NCBI GenBank assembly: GCA_039931975.1
Contig: JBDTQW010000004.1
Location: 1 to 56,210 of the forward strand
Direction: 5' to 3'
Length of the DNA stretch: 56,210 bases
Source of the DNA: Chloroflexota bacterium
Lineage (GTDB): Bacteria; Chloroflexota; Limnocylindria; Limnocylindrales; CSP1-4
Part shown: positions 9,120 through 17,283 of the stretch, piece after piece
Layout: every line of letters starts with the position of its first letter
How positions within the stretch are numbered: the stretch's first letter is position 1
Notes under the pieces: generated by a model
The model's input: only the letters and a program-made list of their open reading frames with translations
Database searches by the model: none
What the model was told of the DNA's origin: nothing
Translations under genes and position numbers: made by a program

Positions 9120-9929
9120 TCAGTCGCCCGGATCCAGCGGCAGACGCTGGATGAGGGCCAGGATCGGGACCGCGGCCGTCGACGCTGACGGTGCGTCGTC
9201 GGGGATGCCCGGCGGTGCGTCGCCCGGGCTCGTCGCGACCAGACGCCACAACCGGCTGCGCACGCCCGGCAGATATGGGCTGCGGCGATGCCGCCCGACG
9301 ACCGCCGGGATGCCCTGCGCCGCGGCGGCAGCGTGGAGAGCGCGACCTTCGCCGGCGATGGCCGGCACGACCAGGAATGCCCCGCCGGGCTCGACCACAC
9401 GCTCCAGGCGTTCCCTGCGTCGCTCGAGCGGCTCGGCGAGGAGGGGTCGGCCGTCGAGCACGACCAGGTCGAAGGCGAGATAGACCACGGTCCGCCCCGA
9501 TCGACCTGCCAGGCGCTCCGCCAGCCCGGCCGGATCGGGTCGGCCGGAGGCGTCGACCACCACCAGCGAGCCATCCAGGACGGCGGCATGGCCGCCCAGC
9601 CGACCGACCATCCCCCCGGTCCCGGTCAGCTCGGGCAGGACCGGGGCTCGGTCGCGTCCGCGCCTGTCGATCAACCGGACCGACCCCTCGCCGGTCGCCG
9701 CATCCACGTCGACGAAGGCCAGGGCGCGCTCTCCGCCCCACCACGGCTCGAAGAGGTGATCGGGGTCGTCGAATGGCTCGTTGACCGAGCGGGGGAGCAT
9801 CGGGCGGAGGGCGGTCGGAGACCCCGGTCGGTCGGCATCGAGCCGGAAGCTAAGCTGGTCCGACGGTGTCGAGGCTCGGCCCGGTCGATTGCCGATGGGG
9901 GCGCAGCGTGCTGCTCGTCGGTCGGTCAT
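9120..9929 (-). CDS. ATP-dependent DNA ligase adenylation-domain-like protein (LigD/LigC-like) with degenerate active site
   Basis: LRPML...PFDDPDHLFEPWWGGERAL, AVLDGSLVV...GRPD, YLAFDLVVLDGRPL..EPLERRRERL, SPYLPGVRSRLW. Motif I KxDG is replaced by WWGG. Confidence 0.8.
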   Translation of the reverse strand: MTDRRAARCAPIGNRPGRASTPSDQLSFRLDADRPGSPTALRPMLPRSVNEPFDDPDHLFEPWWGGERALAFVDVDAATGEGSVRLIDRRGRDRAPVLPELTGTGGMVGRLGGHAAVLDGSLVVVDASGRPDPAGLAERLAGRSGRTVVYLAFDLVVLDGRPLLAEPLERRRERLERVVEPGGAFLVVPAIAGEGRALHAAAAAQGIPAVVGRHRRSPYLPGVRSRLWRLVATSPGDAPPGIPDDAPSASTAAVPILALIQRLPLDPGD

Positions 9930-9962
9930 CGCCCGGCGATGGTAGCCGCTAGACTCCCGGGG

Positions 9963-12137
9963 ATGACCGAGCCGAAGGCCAAGCGGGCTCCCCGTCCGGA
10001 CGACCTCTACGCGTTTCGCATCGCGACCGACCCCCGCCTTTCACCCGATGGCCGTCAAGTCGTGTTCACGCTGCAGACCGTTGCGACGAGCATGGATGGG
10101 TACCGGCAGGCGCTCTGGACGGTTCCGACCGACGGCTCCCAGCCCGCTCGCCGGCTCACGATCGGGGCCAAGCAGGATCGCGTTCCGCGGTTCTCCCCGG
10201 ATGGCCGAATGCTGGCGTTCCTGTCCGACCGTCGCCTCGCCGTCGAAGAGCTGCCCGGCGCGGCCGACGATCGCGAGGACGGCGTCCAGGTCCATCTCCT
10301 GCCGCTCGACGGTCCGGGCGAGGCGCGCCGGCTGACCGACCTGCCACGTGGCGTCGACGGCTTCGCCTGGTCGCCCGACGGGCGCTGGCTGGCGGTCGCC
10401 AGTGCTTCGTACGGGGCGACGCGCGAGGACGACGATCGTCATCGGGGCAAGGCCGCCGCCAAGCCCAAGCCGGGGCAGCCGCCTGGATCCGACTACCACT
10501 ACATCGACCGGCTGATGGCCATGTCCAACGGGATCGGCTTCGTCTACGCCCATCGTGCCCAGATCTGGACCGTCGACGCCTCGACCGGCGAGGCGCGCCG
10601 GCTCACCGACCTCCAGGCCGGTGTCCAGAGCCTGGCCTGGTCGCCCGATGGCCGGCGGATCGCGTTCGCCGCGAACCTGGCCGCCGACCGCGATCTTGGC
10701 TGGTGGAGCGACATCTACGTCGTCGATGTCGCGACCGGCGAGCAGACCCGGGTGACCGGCGGCCGGGGCTATTTCGGAGCGCCCGCCTGGCTGCCGGACG
10801 GCCAAACGCTGGCGGTCCTCGGCCATCGTTACCCGGCAAACGCCGGCAGCCGATTCGACATCTGGTTGTTCAAGGCCAACGGGTCGGAGAACGGGCGAAC
10901 GGGTGGCCGGAACCTGTCGGCCCGCCACGACCTGATGCCCGGCTCGACGATGAACAGCGACCTGACGATCGGCGAGGAGCCGCGCCTCGTCGTGAGCCGC
11001 GACGGCCGGTCGTTGCTCTTCACCGCTCCGATCGAAGGTGCCTTCGAGCTCTGGCGGATCGCATTGGACGACGGCTCGGTGGAGCGCCTCACCGCGGGTC
11101 GACAGTACCTGAGCGGCTGGGACGCGGTGCCGGGCCGTGCCCCCGGTTCGGCCCGGGCCGCCGTCTTGCGCTCGGCACCGACCGCCCTCCCGGACCTCCA
11201 CCTGCTCGACGTGCCCGCGCGCAAGGTCACCCGGCCGCTCGACCTGCGCCCGCTGACCGAGCTCAACCGCGAGGCTCTGGCAGGGATCGCCCTCGTCGAG
11301 CCGGAGACCCGCTGGACGACCGTCGACGGCCGGCGGGTCCAGGGCTGGCACGTTGGGGCGGCGAATCGTGACCGGCCTGGCCGCCCGGCGAAACGGCCGG
11401 CGCCGCTCGTCCTCGAGATCCACGGCGGTCCGCACACTCTGTACGGCTGGACCCCGTATTGGGAATTCCAATGCCTGGCCGGATCGGGGATCGGCGTGTG
11501 GTACTCGAACCCGCGCGGCTCTGAGGGCTACGGCGAAGCGTTCAATGCCGCGAACTATCGTGACTGGGGCGACGGGCCGACCCGCGACGTCCTCTCCGGG
11601 GTCGACGTGCTGGTCGTCGAGAGCATCGCCGACCCAGGTGCGTTGGGCGTGACCGGGGGCTCGTACGGCGGCTACCTCACGAGCTGGATCGTGGGCCACG
11701 ACCAGCGCTTCAAGGCCGCGATCACCTGCCGCTCGGTCAACGATCTGACGAGTCAGATGACCACCGGCGACATCGCCGGTCCCGCGTTCGGCCGGCTCGA
11801 TCTCGGCGCGACTCCCTGGGATGACCCCGATCTCTACCGCCAGCAGTCCCCCATCACCTATGCCCGCGAGATCCGGACTCCGCTCCTCATCCAGCACTCG
11901 GAGAAGGACCTGCGCACGACGATCGGCCAGGGCGAGCAGCTGTTCACCGTTCTGCGCTCCCTGCGTCGCCCGGTCCGGATGATGCGGGTCCCCGACGAGA
12001 CCCATGAGCTGACCCGTTCGGGCACCCCGTTCCGCCGCGTCGAGAACCTGGTCCAAGTGGGGGTCTGGTTCCGCCACTTCCTCGTCGATGGGAAGCGCGG
12101 CCTGCCGCCGCTGCCGAGGATCCGGGCGGGCAGATAG
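9963..12137 (+). CDS. S9 family peptidase (acylaminoacyl/dipeptidyl aminopeptidase) with PD40 propeller
   Basis: Repeated (W/F)SPDG, IHGGPH, NPRGSEGYG, nucleophile GGSYGG, HSEKDLR, ETHEL. Start ATG 9963 with TAGACT 7 nt upstream. Confidence 0.93.
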   Translation: MTEPKAKRAPRPDDLYAFRIATDPRLSPDGRQVVFTLQTVATSMDGYRQALWTVPTDGSQPARRLTIGAKQDRVPRFSPDGRMLAFLSDRRLAVEELPGAADDREDGVQVHLLPLDGPGEARRLTDLPRGVDGFAWSPDGRWLAVASASYGATREDDDRHRGKAAAKPKPGQPPGSDYHYIDRLMAMSNGIGFVYAHRAQIWTVDASTGEARRLTDLQAGVQSLAWSPDGRRIAFAANLAADRDLGWWSDIYVVDVATGEQTRVTGGRGYFGAPAWLPDGQTLAVLGHRYPANAGSRFDIWLFKANGSENGRTGGRNLSARHDLMPGSTMNSDLTIGEEPRLVVSRDGRSLLFTAPIEGAFELWRIALDDGSVERLTAGRQYLSGWDAVPGRAPGSARAAVLRSAPTALPDLHLLDVPARKVTRPLDLRPLTELNREALAGIALVEPETRWTTVDGRRVQGWHVGAANRDRPGRPAKRPAPLVLEIHGGPHTLYGWTPYWEFQCLAGSGIGVWYSNPRGSEGYGEAFNAANYRDWGDGPTRDVLSGVDVLVVESIADPGALGVTGGSYGGYLTSWIVGHDQRFKAAITCRSVNDLTSQMTTGDIAGPAFGRLDLGATPWDDPDLYRQQSPITYAREIRTPLLIQHSEKDLRTTIGQGEQLFTVLRSLRRPVRMMRVPDETHELTRSGTPFRRVENLVQVGVWFRHFLVDGKRGLPPLPRIRAGR

Positions 12138-12191
12138 CCCGCGGCCGCGCGGCCTGGATCCTGCGAGCTGGCCGGGCGACGGCGCCTTGGC

Positions 12192-12269
12192 GATGACCTC
12201 CGGTCGCGGCGGTTCAGCAGGCCAACTGGGGGGAAGTCGGAATCGCCAGCCCGCGACCCGGAGGTCATC
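12192..12269. repeat. Long imperfect inverted repeat (structured RNA or bidirectional terminator candidate)
   Basis: GATGACCTCCGGTCGCGG (12192-12209) pairs with CCGCGACCCGGAGGTCATC (12251-12269) with one bulge. An inner GGCGGTTC/GAATCGCC stem is also possible. It lies between convergent genes. Confidence 0.75.
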
Positions 12270-12359
12270 AAATCGTAGCGGACGCTGCAAGGCCCCGCCT
12301 GCCGAATCTACGCCTGCGGTGCATCGAGTCACCCGCCGGCGATCCCCGGCAGCCGACCT

Positions 12360-12473
12360 TCAGTAGCCCGAGCCGCCGCCCTTGTTGCAGGCAGCCAGGA
12401 TGAGCGGCAGGGCGACGACGAGGATCCTCGCGACGATGGCTGCACGGGTGCGGATCACATTGGGCTGGATCAC
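12360..12473 (-). CDS. 37-aa small membrane/lipopeptide MIQPNVIRTRAAIVARILVVALPLILAACNKGGGSGY
   Basis: Below the ORF-track cutoff. GTG start with GGAGGT Shine-Dalgarno 7 nt upstream (12481-12486), basic N-region, hydrophobic core, lipobox LAAC, GC-biased third positions. Confidence 0.75.
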   Translation of the reverse strand: MIQPNVIRTRAAIVARILVVALPLILAACNKGGGSGY

Positions 12474-12615
12474 GTGGCTGACCTCCGATCTGCTTCCGAA
12501 GTCCGTCCCTTCCGTCCCACCGACGATACGCCCCCGACCAAGGCGGCGGTTCTCGGCTAGCGGGTCCCGGGGCCGACCCCGTCCGTGCCTGGCCGCGGTG
12601 TATCCTGACCGCCCG

Positions 12616-13596
12616 ATGACGACGATCCACGGTCACGACAGCCTTGCCCGCGAGCACGCGCACGAGCTCATCCGCGCCTTCGACGGGCGGGCCGGGTCGC
12701 TCGGAGGCCTGCTGGGGCGGGTCAGCCCGGTCGACCAGGTCGGCGTCGACGAGCGGGTCGAGTCGCTCAAGAAGCGCTCGATCAAGAAGGCCTCCAAGCT
12801 GTGGGCCCTGGACCTGGCGATCCAGATGATGGACCTGACCACCCTCGAGGGGAAGGACACCCCGGGCAAGGTCCGGGCCCTGTGCGCCAAGGCGATGCAC
12901 CCGCAGCCCGGCGACTCCACCATCCCGTCGGTCGCTGCCGTGTGTGTTTATCCCGCCCTGGTCACCGAGGCGAAAGAGGCGCTCGCCTCATCGGGCGTGC
13001 GCGTGGCCAGCGTTGCGACCGGGTTTCCGAGCGGCCAGACCTTCCTCGACCTGAAGTTGGCGGAGACCCGCCAGGCGATCGAGGCCGGGGCGGACGAGAT
13101 CGACATGGTGATCGATCGCTCGGCCTTCCTGGCCGGTGACTACCTGACCGTGTTCGAGGAGATCGTGGCGGTCAAGGATGCCTGCGGCGAGACCCATCTC
13201 AAGGTGATTCTCGAGACCGGCGAGCTCGAGACGTACGACAACGTCCGCCGGGCGTCGATCCTGGCGATGGCCGCCGGCGCCGACTTCATCAAGACCTCGA
13301 CCGGGAAGGTGACACCGGCGGCGACCCTGCCGGTCAGTCTGGTCATGTTCGAGGCCATCCGCGACTTCGAGCGGGGGACCGGCCGCGCGGTCGGGATGAA
13401 GCCGGCGGGTGGCATCCGCACGGCCAAGGAGGCGATCCAGTACCTCGTCGTCCTGTACGAAACGCTCGGGCCACGCTGGATGACCCCCGAGCGCTTCCGC
13501 TTCGGCGCCTCGAGCCTGCTCAACGACGTCCTGATGCAGATCGAAAAGGAGCGGACCGGCCGCTACCAGGGCCCCGACCACTTCACCATCGACTGA
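12616..13596 (+). CDS. deoC: Deoxyribose-phosphate aldolase (long type)
   Basis: MDLTTLEGKDT, VAAVCVYP, ASVATGFPSGQ, GADEIDMVI, HLKVILETGEL, ADFIKTSTGK, KPAGGIR, RFGASSLL. Start ATG 12616. Confidence 0.95.
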   Translation: MTTIHGHDSLAREHAHELIRAFDGRAGSLGGLLGRVSPVDQVGVDERVESLKKRSIKKASKLWALDLAIQMMDLTTLEGKDTPGKVRALCAKAMHPQPGDSTIPSVAAVCVYPALVTEAKEALASSGVRVASVATGFPSGQTFLDLKLAETRQAIEAGADEIDMVIDRSAFLAGDYLTVFEEIVAVKDACGETHLKVILETGELETYDNVRRASILAMAAGADFIKTSTGKVTPAATLPVSLVMFEAIRDFERGTGRAVGMKPAGGIRTAKEAIQYLVVLYETLGPRWMTPERFRFGASSLLNDVLMQIEKERTGRYQGPDHFTID

Positions 13597-13626
13597 CCCC
13601 GACGGTCGCGAGGTCAGCCGCGGATG

Positions 13627-14385
13627 TCAGCCGCGGGCCTGGCGGGCATCGGAATGCCACGGGATGACGAGTCGCTCGGCCAGGCCGACCAGCAGCCACA
13701 GGCCCAGGGTGAGCGCGGCCGTCACCAGGATCGCCGCGAAGACAAGGTCGGTGCGGAACAGGTTCTTGGACAGGACGATCCAGATCCCGAGGCCGTCGAT
13801 CGCGCCCACGGCCTCGCCGAAGATCGCCCCGATGACCGCGTAGGTGACGGCGATCCGTAGGCCCGTGAAGAACGACGGCAGGGCGCCCGGCAGGCGCAGC
13901 TTGAGGAGCTGCTGGCGGCGGCTGGCACCCATCGACTCGAGCAGGTCGAGCGCATCCCGATCCGCCGCCGCCAGGCCATCGAGCAGGGCGACCACGATCG
14001 GGAAGAAGGTGACCAGGACGACGACCACGACCTTGGGCAGCAGGCCGATCCCGAACCACAGGACGAGGAGCGGCGCCACCGCCACGATCGGGATGGTCTG
14101 CGATGCGACGAGCAGCGGATAGACCGCCCGCCGGACCCACGCCAGCGAATCCATCACCAGCGCGGCGGCCACGGCGAAGACGACCGAGAGGCTAAATCCG
14201 ACGACCGTCTCGCCGAGCGTCGTCAGGGCATGCCCGGCTGCCACTGCGCGCGCATCCCAGAGCGCGCTCACGATCCGCGATGGAGCGGGCAGGGTCAGTG
14301 GATCGACCGACCAAAGCCGGCAGCCGAGCTCCCAGGCGACGACGATCGCCGCCACGAGCGCAAGCGTCGGGCCGGCCCGGGTCAT
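13627..14385 (-). CDS. ABC transporter permease, SsuC/ThiX-like
   Basis: LPAPSRI, SQTIPIVAVAPLLVLWFGIG, EAA-loop region SMGAS...LPGALPSFFTGLRIA, GLG. Overlaps the binding-protein stop. Confidence 0.9.
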   Translation of the reverse strand: MTRAGPTLALVAAIVVAWELGCRLWSVDPLTLPAPSRIVSALWDARAVAAGHALTTLGETVVGFSLSVVFAVAAALVMDSLAWVRRAVYPLLVASQTIPIVAVAPLLVLWFGIGLLPKVVVVVLVTFFPIVVALLDGLAAADRDALDLLESMGASRRQQLLKLRLPGALPSFFTGLRIAVTYAVIGAIFGEAVGAIDGLGIWIVLSKNLFRTDLVFAAILVTAALTLGLWLLVGLAERLVIPWHSDARQARG

Positions 14386-15473
14386 GGCAGGTAGTCGTTG
14401 GTGAAGTACGCGCCGAAGTCGGGCCGGTTCGCCAGCGGCTTGCCGTCGGGCCCGGCCATGAGGCCCGTTTCAAACAGGAACCCCGAGAAGGCATCCCATC
14501 GCTCGGCGGTCTGTCGGCCGAGCGCGTCCCGGGTCCCGTACAGCATGCCTTGGGCCAGGTACCTCGCCGAGTCGAGCGGGAGGGCCGGGTTGGCGTCGAA
14601 CACCCCGGGGTTGGCCGCGATCAGCCTGGCCGCCGCTCCGTCGGGATCGACCGCGGCGGCCTCGAAGCCGGCGACCGTGGCGGCAAGGAACCGTCGCGTG
14701 GCGTCGCCGTTGGCCGCCAGCCAGGCGTCGTTGCAGACCAGGACGACGGCGTACGAGTCGGGCACGCCGTGATCGGTGAAGGCGAAGGTCTTGAGCTTGA
14801 CACCGCGCTGTCTGGCCTCGATGCCCTCCCAGGCACTGAAGACGATCGTGAAGTCGGCCTTGCCGTTGTAGAGCGCCTCGTACGCAGCGGTGTCGAGGGT
14901 GGCCACCTTGAACTTGCCGGTGCCGCCATCGGCTTTGATCACCGCCTGCAGCTCGGGCACCTCCTGGGGCAGCCCGAAGCCGGCATAGAGCTTGCCGTCG
15001 AGATCCCTGGGCCGGTTGACTGAGCCATCGTCGCGGACGGCGATCTCGGTCGCGGTGTGAGCCAGGATCGCCATCACCGAGCGCTCCTTCGCCCCGGCCG
15101 CGATGGCGAACGTCGCCCCCTCCTGGGTGCTGATCCCGCACTCGGCCGCGCCGGACGAGACCAGGATCTCGGGGCTGGTGCTGGCGTAGGGCAGGAACTT
15201 GAGGTCGATCGCGTGGTCGGCATAGCGTCCGTCATGCTGGGCCACGTAGAAGCCGATGTGGTTGGTGTTGGGCGTCCAGTCGAGGGCAAGCCGGACGGTC
15301 ACAATCTCCGGCACGGGAGTGGCCGAGGGGCCGTTCGACTGGCTCGCGGCGGTCGTCGGCGGCACGCTGCCCGGACTCGTCGGCGAGCCGGCTCCCTGGC
15401 CCGAACAGGCCGAGGCCAGCAGCGCGCCCACCGCCAACGCGGCAAGGACCTTGGGACGCTTCACCCTGGACAT
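14382..15473 (-). CDS. NMT1/THI5-like substrate-binding lipoprotein (ThiY-like, thiamine precursor uptake)
   Basis: Lipobox ASAC, LDWTPNTNHIGFYVA, RPRDLDGKLYAGFG, WEGIEA, FTNDYLP. GGAGGT SD. Sits downstream of a TPP riboswitch. Confidence 0.9.
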   Translation of the reverse strand: MSRVKRPKVLAALAVGALLASACSGQGAGSPTSPGSVPPTTAASQSNGPSATPVPEIVTVRLALDWTPNTNHIGFYVAQHDGRYADHAIDLKFLPYASTSPEILVSSGAAECGISTQEGATFAIAAGAKERSVMAILAHTATEIAVRDDGSVNRPRDLDGKLYAGFGLPQEVPELQAVIKADGGTGKFKVATLDTAAYEALYNGKADFTIVFSAWEGIEARQRGVKLKTFAFTDHGVPDSYAVVLVCNDAWLAANGDATRRFLAATVAGFEAAAVDPDGAAARLIAANPGVFDANPALPLDSARYLAQGMLYGTRDALGRQTAERWDAFSGFLFETGLMAGPDGKPLANRPDFGAYFTNDYLP

Positions 15474-15541
15474 GACCTCCGACTCGAACGAAGAACGCCG
15501 CTCCCTGGGTTGCTCGGGAACGGCGTCGAGTCGACGAATCT

Positions 15542-15632
15542 GCCTGCTTCCTACACCGGTACGAGCCGGATCAGGTTCGGCGGGTCTGTGGCGGGTGCCA
15601 CACTCTCAGCGCGTTCGCGCTCCCCGGAGGCG
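15542..15632 (-). promoter_or_regulatory. TPP (THI-box) riboswitch
   Basis: The minus strand reads GGGGAGCGCG-AA-CGCGCTGAGAG...ACCCGCCGAACCTGATCCGGCTCGTACCGGTGTAGGAA, containing the CTGAGA and GAACCTGATCCGG..TACCGG.GTAGGAA consensus. Confidence 0.95.
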
Positions 15633-15725
15633 TATTCGGTTGTCGGTCGATTCTACGCCTCTCATCGGTTCGGGGTCGTTCGTCCGCCCGGACGGCCCCG
15701 GCCCCGGTGCCATAATGGCCGGGCG

Positions 15726-17282
15726 ATGACCACCGAGACCGACCCCAAGGCGGCCGACGCGGCGCCGGAAGCTTCACGTGCCCTGGTCCGGACCGACGGC
15801 CAGGCCCCCAACAGCTGGGGACTCGGCGACGGCCAGGCGATCCCCTGGGAGTACGCCCCCGCCCCCGAATCGCGCGACATCGTCAAGCTCAAGCCGCGCT
15901 ATGGCCTGTTCATCGGGGGCCGCGAGGTCCCGTCGTCGGACGGCTCGACGTTCAGCACGATCGATCCCTCGACCGAGGAGCCGCTCGCCGAAGTCGCCCG
16001 GGCGACCGAGGCCGACGTCGAGAAGGCGATCCGATCCGCCCGCCGGGCGACCGGCAAGAGCTGGGGTGGGCTGCCCGGACGCGAGCGCGCCAAGTACCTG
16101 TTCCGGATCGCCCGCATCCTCCAGGAGCGGAGTCGCGAGTTTGCCGTCCTCGAGAGCATGGACTCGGGTAAGCCGATCAAGGAAAGCCGTGACGTCGACG
16201 TGCCCCTGGCGGCGGCCCACTTCTGGTACTACGCCGGCTGGGCCGACAAGCTCGATTACGCCTTCCCCGGTCGCGTGGCCAGGCCGCTGGGCGTGGCCGC
16301 CCAGGTCATCCCCTGGAACTTCCCGCTGCTGATGCTCGCCTGGAAGATCGCTCCGGCCCTGGCGGCCGGCAACACCGTCGTGCTCAAGCCGGCGAGCACC
16401 ACGCCCCTCAGCGCGCTCCTGTTCGCCGAGGTCTGCCGTCAGGCCGACCTGCCGGCCGGTGTCGTCAACATCATCACCGGGCCCGGCGAGATCGGGATGG
16501 CGCTGGTGACCCATCCCGGCGTCGACAAGGTGGCTTTCACGGGCTCGACCGCGGTCGGCAAGCTGATCGCCAAGGGCATCGCCGGGCAGGGCAAGGCGCT
16601 CACCCTCGAGCTCGGTGGCAAGGCCGCCAACATCGTCTTCGACGACGCGCCGCTCGACCAGGCGATCGAGGGTATCGTCAATGGGATCTACTTCAACCAG
16701 GGCGAGGTCTGTTGCGCGGGTTCGCGCCTGCTGGTCCAGGAATCCATCGCCGAACCGCTGATCGACAAGCTCAAGGATCGGCTGGCTACGATCCGGGTCG
16801 GCGATCCGCTGGACAAGAACACCGACGTCGGGGCGATCAACTCGAAGGCCCAGCTGGAGAAGATCACGGAGCTCGTGGCGGCCGGCGTGGCCGAGGGTGC
16901 CGAGATCTACCAGCCCGCCTGCGAGCTGCCGGAGCGTGGCTTCTTCTTCCGCCCGACCCTGTTCACCAACGTCGCCCAGAGCCATCGGATCGCCCGCGAA
17001 GAGATCTTCGGGCCGGTCCTCTCGACGCTCACCTTCCGAACCCCGGAGGAGGCGATCGAGAAGGCCAACAACACGCCGTACGGGCTGTCGGCCGGGGTCT
17101 GGACCGACAAGGGCAGCCGCATCCTGATGATGGCCCAGCGTCTGCGAGCAGGGGTGGTTTGGGCCAACACGTTCAACCGGTTCGACCCGGCCAGCCCGTT
17201 CGGTGGCTACAAGGAATCCGGCTATGGCCGCGAGGGTGGCCTGCACGGCCTACTGGCCTACGTCCGGCTCGAGGATCGCTGA
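15726..17282 (+). CDS. Aldehyde dehydrogenase (deoC-associated type)
   Basis: IPWNFP, VLKPA, FTGST, ELGGK, catalytic GEVCCAG, EEIFGP, PFGGYKESG. Start ATG 15726 after TGcCATAAT. Confidence 0.95.
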   Translation: MTTETDPKAADAAPEASRALVRTDGQAPNSWGLGDGQAIPWEYAPAPESRDIVKLKPRYGLFIGGREVPSSDGSTFSTIDPSTEEPLAEVARATEADVEKAIRSARRATGKSWGGLPGRERAKYLFRIARILQERSREFAVLESMDSGKPIKESRDVDVPLAAAHFWYYAGWADKLDYAFPGRVARPLGVAAQVIPWNFPLLMLAWKIAPALAAGNTVVLKPASTTPLSALLFAEVCRQADLPAGVVNIITGPGEIGMALVTHPGVDKVAFTGSTAVGKLIAKGIAGQGKALTLELGGKAANIVFDDAPLDQAIEGIVNGIYFNQGEVCCAGSRLLVQESIAEPLIDKLKDRLATIRVGDPLDKNTDVGAINSKAQLEKITELVAAGVAEGAEIYQPACELPERGFFFRPTLFTNVAQSHRIAREEIFGPVLSTLTFRTPEEAIEKANNTPYGLSAGVWTDKGSRILMMAQRLRAGVVWANTFNRFDPASPFGGYKESGYGREGGLHGLLAYVRLEDR

Positions 17283-17283
17283 C

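Noticed and set aside
12192-12269. SRP RNA or 6S RNA identity for the long hairpin
   Set aside because: There is no SRP domain IV motif (CAGG..GGAA..AGCAG) in the correct arrangement on either strand, and no convincing 6S closing stem by eye. Kept only as an unassigned structure.
10041-12332. Very long antisense or alternate-frame ORFs (this one, 21031..23130, 37757..39559, 39301..41322, 46989..48971 and many others)
   Set aside because: They are shadows of real genes. Stop codons are scarce at this GC content, and the products are Arg/Pro/Gly-rich with no motifs.
13594-15680. Mobile element explanation for the thi cassette (GACCCCGA inverted match at the ends)
   Set aside because: The match is only 8 GC-rich bp, with no transposase, integrase or flanking target duplication.
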